Source of the DNA: Epithemia pelagica
Lineage: Eukaryota > Protista > Bacillariophyta
NCBI GenBank assembly: GCA_946965045.2
Contig: OX337229.1
Span: 4,216,001-4,280,000, forward strand
Length of the DNA stretch: 64,000 bases
Direction: 5' to 3'
Positions 61,335 to 64,000 of this stretch are shown here, one piece after another. Both the position numbers and the translations under genes were made by a program. The notes under the pieces are model-generated. The model made no database searches, was not told the DNA's origin, and saw only the letters and a list, made by a program, of their open reading frames with translations. Position 1 is the first letter of the stretch, and the number at the start of each line of letters is the position of its first letter.

Positions 61335-62666
61335 ATGAAGGGGCAAATCTTCACTCCGTCGCGAACTGTTGGTCACCTGAAGTTGTCATTATCATTACCC
61401 TTTTTGCTACTCTATGTTGGATGGGGGAACGGAATGTGGAGGGAGTTGCGCCACTTCTTGACCAGGGCACCAGAACCATCAGTTGATGGTTCTCTCGGTT
61501 TGCCAGTCTTGTGCGTTGATTCGTTTTCGCTGCATCCTCCTCCTCCCGGTCGGTCCACAACACTGAAGCATGGATACGAGCATTCATATAGACAACAAAG
61601 AAGGCTTTTTGTATCGTCGTTGGTATCGGAAACGACTTCAACATCCTTTGCCAATGCATCCACAATCCCCGCTGGCAGCAAATTGTATCTCGGTCCTTGG
61701 ATGGAACGTGTACTGGAGTTGCAACGCTATGCCAAGCACCATGGACATTGTCGGGTACCAAAACGATACAAGGAAAATCCAGCCTTGGGTAATTGGGTTA
61801 ACAAGCAGCGCGTGGAATATCGTAAATACCAACAAATCAGGGCACAACATCATGAACATGGTTCGTCCAACCAATCCACGATATCCTCTTCTTTGACTGA
61901 GGAACGCATTGCCTTGCTTAATCAGTTGGGGTTTTGTTGGAATGCCACAGCTATTGCAATAACCAAACATTCATCACAACAATCAACAACTACAGTGCGA
62001 ACACCAACAGCAACCCCACCCAAGGACCAAGTTCTACTCAATGACAAGGAAAACAACCATCACTTACCTGCACAATGGATGGCAGACTACGAAAACCTGC
62101 GCCAGTACATGATGGACAACAATCTCGATTCTGTTCATCAGTTGGTCCGTGATTCCCCTTGGGACAAGTGGGTCCAACAAACTCGACAGGAATGGCACCG
62201 CTTTGAGCAGAATTCAGCATCTCAAGAACAACTACGATCGTCTTCCCAACAACGTATGCCATACGTAGACTCTGTATGTCCTCCAAACTTGGATTACGTT
62301 AAAAACGAAACAACTGGGACACACATTGTGTCAGCCGCGGAGGCCATGTCCCAACTGGATCGTTATTGGAATTGGACATCTCGTCGAGCGGTACAATGGG
62401 AACGACAATGGCAAGCCTTGGTCGAGTTTCAAGCAATGTACGGCCATACCTGTGTACCCATTTCGTTTCCCGACAATCCGTCCTTGGCGCATTGGGTCAG
62501 TACGCAACGCAAACAGTACAATCAATGGCAACGCGGGAAAAAGACATGCTTGACCACGGAACGACGCTTGCGATTGCAGTCTCTCAACTTTGTTTGGAAT
62601 CGATGGGATTATGAATTCGAACAAAAACAACGACAGGAACAACAAAACGATCAGATCCGAAATTAG
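61335..62666 (+). CDS. Helicase-associated (HA) repeat protein with N-terminal targeting-like sequence
   Basis: Two clear HA repeats (W.ER..EL..Y...HGHCRVP..Y..NPALGNWV..QR...LT.ERI..L..LGF.W) and one degenerate middle repeat. Hydrophobic N-terminal stretch. Confidence 0.88.
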   Translation: MKGQIFTPSRTVGHLKLSLSLPFLLLYVGWGNGMWRELRHFLTRAPEPSVDGSLGLPVLCVDSFSLHPPPPGRSTTLKHGYEHSYRQQRRLFVSSLVSETTSTSFANASTIPAGSKLYLGPWMERVLELQRYAKHHGHCRVPKRYKENPALGNWVNKQRVEYRKYQQIRAQHHEHGSSNQSTISSSLTEERIALLNQLGFCWNATAIAITKHSSQQSTTTVRTPTATPPKDQVLLNDKENNHHLPAQWMADYENLRQYMMDNNLDSVHQLVRDSPWDKWVQQTRQEWHRFEQNSASQEQLRSSSQQRMPYVDSVCPPNLDYVKNETTGTHIVSAAEAMSQLDRYWNWTSRRAVQWERQWQALVEFQAMYGHTCVPISFPDNPSLAHWVSTQRKQYNQWQRGKKTCLTTERRLRLQSLNFVWNRWDYEFEQKQRQEQQNDQIRN

Positions 62667-63129
62667 TAAAAGGCATAGTGACCACCGAAGCAACGCAACT
62701 ACGTGCGTGTGTGGCAGGAGCAGATACAACGAAACCCTCCACTGCACCCTCTGCGCTCAAACGGATCCGTTCAACATTCGCCGCTTCTTGTTCAGCAGAT
62801 CTCACTTTGCCCTTTGTCTTTGGAATGAGACACATGTACCCTCGATAACAACTCACCTCCCATATCCTGAGGGGCCACACTTGGAGACAAACGACACCAA
62901 ACAGTTTTCAGAGTTCTAGATCTCCAGGACAATGTTACAATCATTGGAATTGGAACTTCTGAACGACACTCTGCTGGAAACCTAGGTACTCTAGCACAAC
63001 CAAAAACCAAATGACTTTAAGAATGGAATTGATTCACCACACAACTTGTAAAGTAGGTCACTATGATTCAGTATCAAGTCTTTACGACTTTTCTTGAGTG
63101 GTGCTGGCCTGAGTTATGGAGAGGACTTT

Positions 63130-63893
63130 TCACGTGGCTTGCCGGTCCTGCATCATTTGCTGGACCAACTCAACAAAGCCGTCGGGGTCATCCAAGTTAG
63201 GAATACAATGCGAGCTCAAGTCTGCGGCTGCAACGACAAAGACTGTACCCTTGGCACTGTCGAAACAAGTTTTCCGTATGACGACCTCGGAAATTTCATC
63301 GAAGGGCATCTATAACACAATGAACATGTATTGATGGATTAATTCAAAGAAGAAAAACACTTTGAAATTTTGCAGCGACGGCAAGTTAGGTCACAGGTAC
63401 TTACCACTTGGGACATTGGGAAACGGAGATTGAGATCCATGCAAATGCCTCGCTAAGTTACTGCGATATGCCTGCATCTGACAGTCTTCTCCTTACGATT
63501 TCCATTCCCAGTCCAATCAATTATGCAAGTGGCTGTGCAAAAGACAAACCAACAAGGGAGCACAAACGCGCCGATGCCCCTATCTTCGTAATCGGAAAAC
63601 GATTTTGTCATCAATGAAAACAAAATAAGCAACCACCAAAATGCAATAAAAGTGCGGCAAAAACAGCAAGCCACGCTTTTCGACAATTCGTCACTGGTAT
63701 CAAAGACGGCAACCAAATCCGACGAGTCAATCTTGTCCTCAAAATACGTATCGGTCCAGGTTCGTTCTCTGCGCAACACCAATGTACCTTTCTCGAGGGA
63801 ATCATCCGAAGTTTTAGTGGAGGCCTCTTCATCGTACGCTACTGCCGCATAGATACGGGCATCTTTTCGTTTCATTGTATTGGTACTTGACAT
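63130..63893 (-). pseudogene. Paralog of the 60147..61011 gene with an in-frame TAG (63453-63455)
   Basis: Same intron position (63310..63404, GTAAGT...TTATAG, followed by ATGCCC). HIAVT*RGI aligns with HVAVTRKGI, and the frame continues after the stop. Confidence 0.75.
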
Positions 63894-64000
63894 CAAAGGT
63901 TCCCCTCTATTAGACATGGATCGCGACAATTGAAGACTCTCCAACTCTGACGCAAAACTCTATCTACCACTGGCGTTGGCTTAAGAAGTATGATAATACC

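Overview
Eukaryotic nuclear DNA, most likely a pennate diatom. This is inferred from short GT-AG introns, signal-plus-transit 'AFAP'-type presequences, a PLGG1/LrgB gene, HA-domain and ankyrin genes, and diatom-like Copia elements. About 12 host genes lie at 1-2.8, 6.5-8.6, 16.4-24.6 and 57.6-64 kb. They are separated by roughly 43 kb of mostly nested transposable elements: six non-autonomous TIR elements, three Ty1/Copia LTR retrotransposons, a Ngaro/PAT-type tyrosine-recombinase retrotransposon with a deleted RT core, and a two-ORF PIF/Harbinger-like element. The main highlights are as follows. (1) A small coiled-coil + KOW/SH3-like accessory protein is encoded both by a Copia element and, antisense, by the tyrosine-recombinase retroelement. 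(2) That Copia has no tRNA PBS; instead it has a 15-nt match to its own LTR, suggesting Tf1-like self-priming. (3) Two other Copia elements have non-canonical AGTTA...TAAGT termini, confirmed against an empty site in the same window, and a ~900-aa insert between Gag and protease that carries a conserved domain and membrane-spanning segments. (4) A CCC...GGG TIR family sits at AA^TT sites with no TSD. All homology calls are by motif recognition only; no database searches were run.
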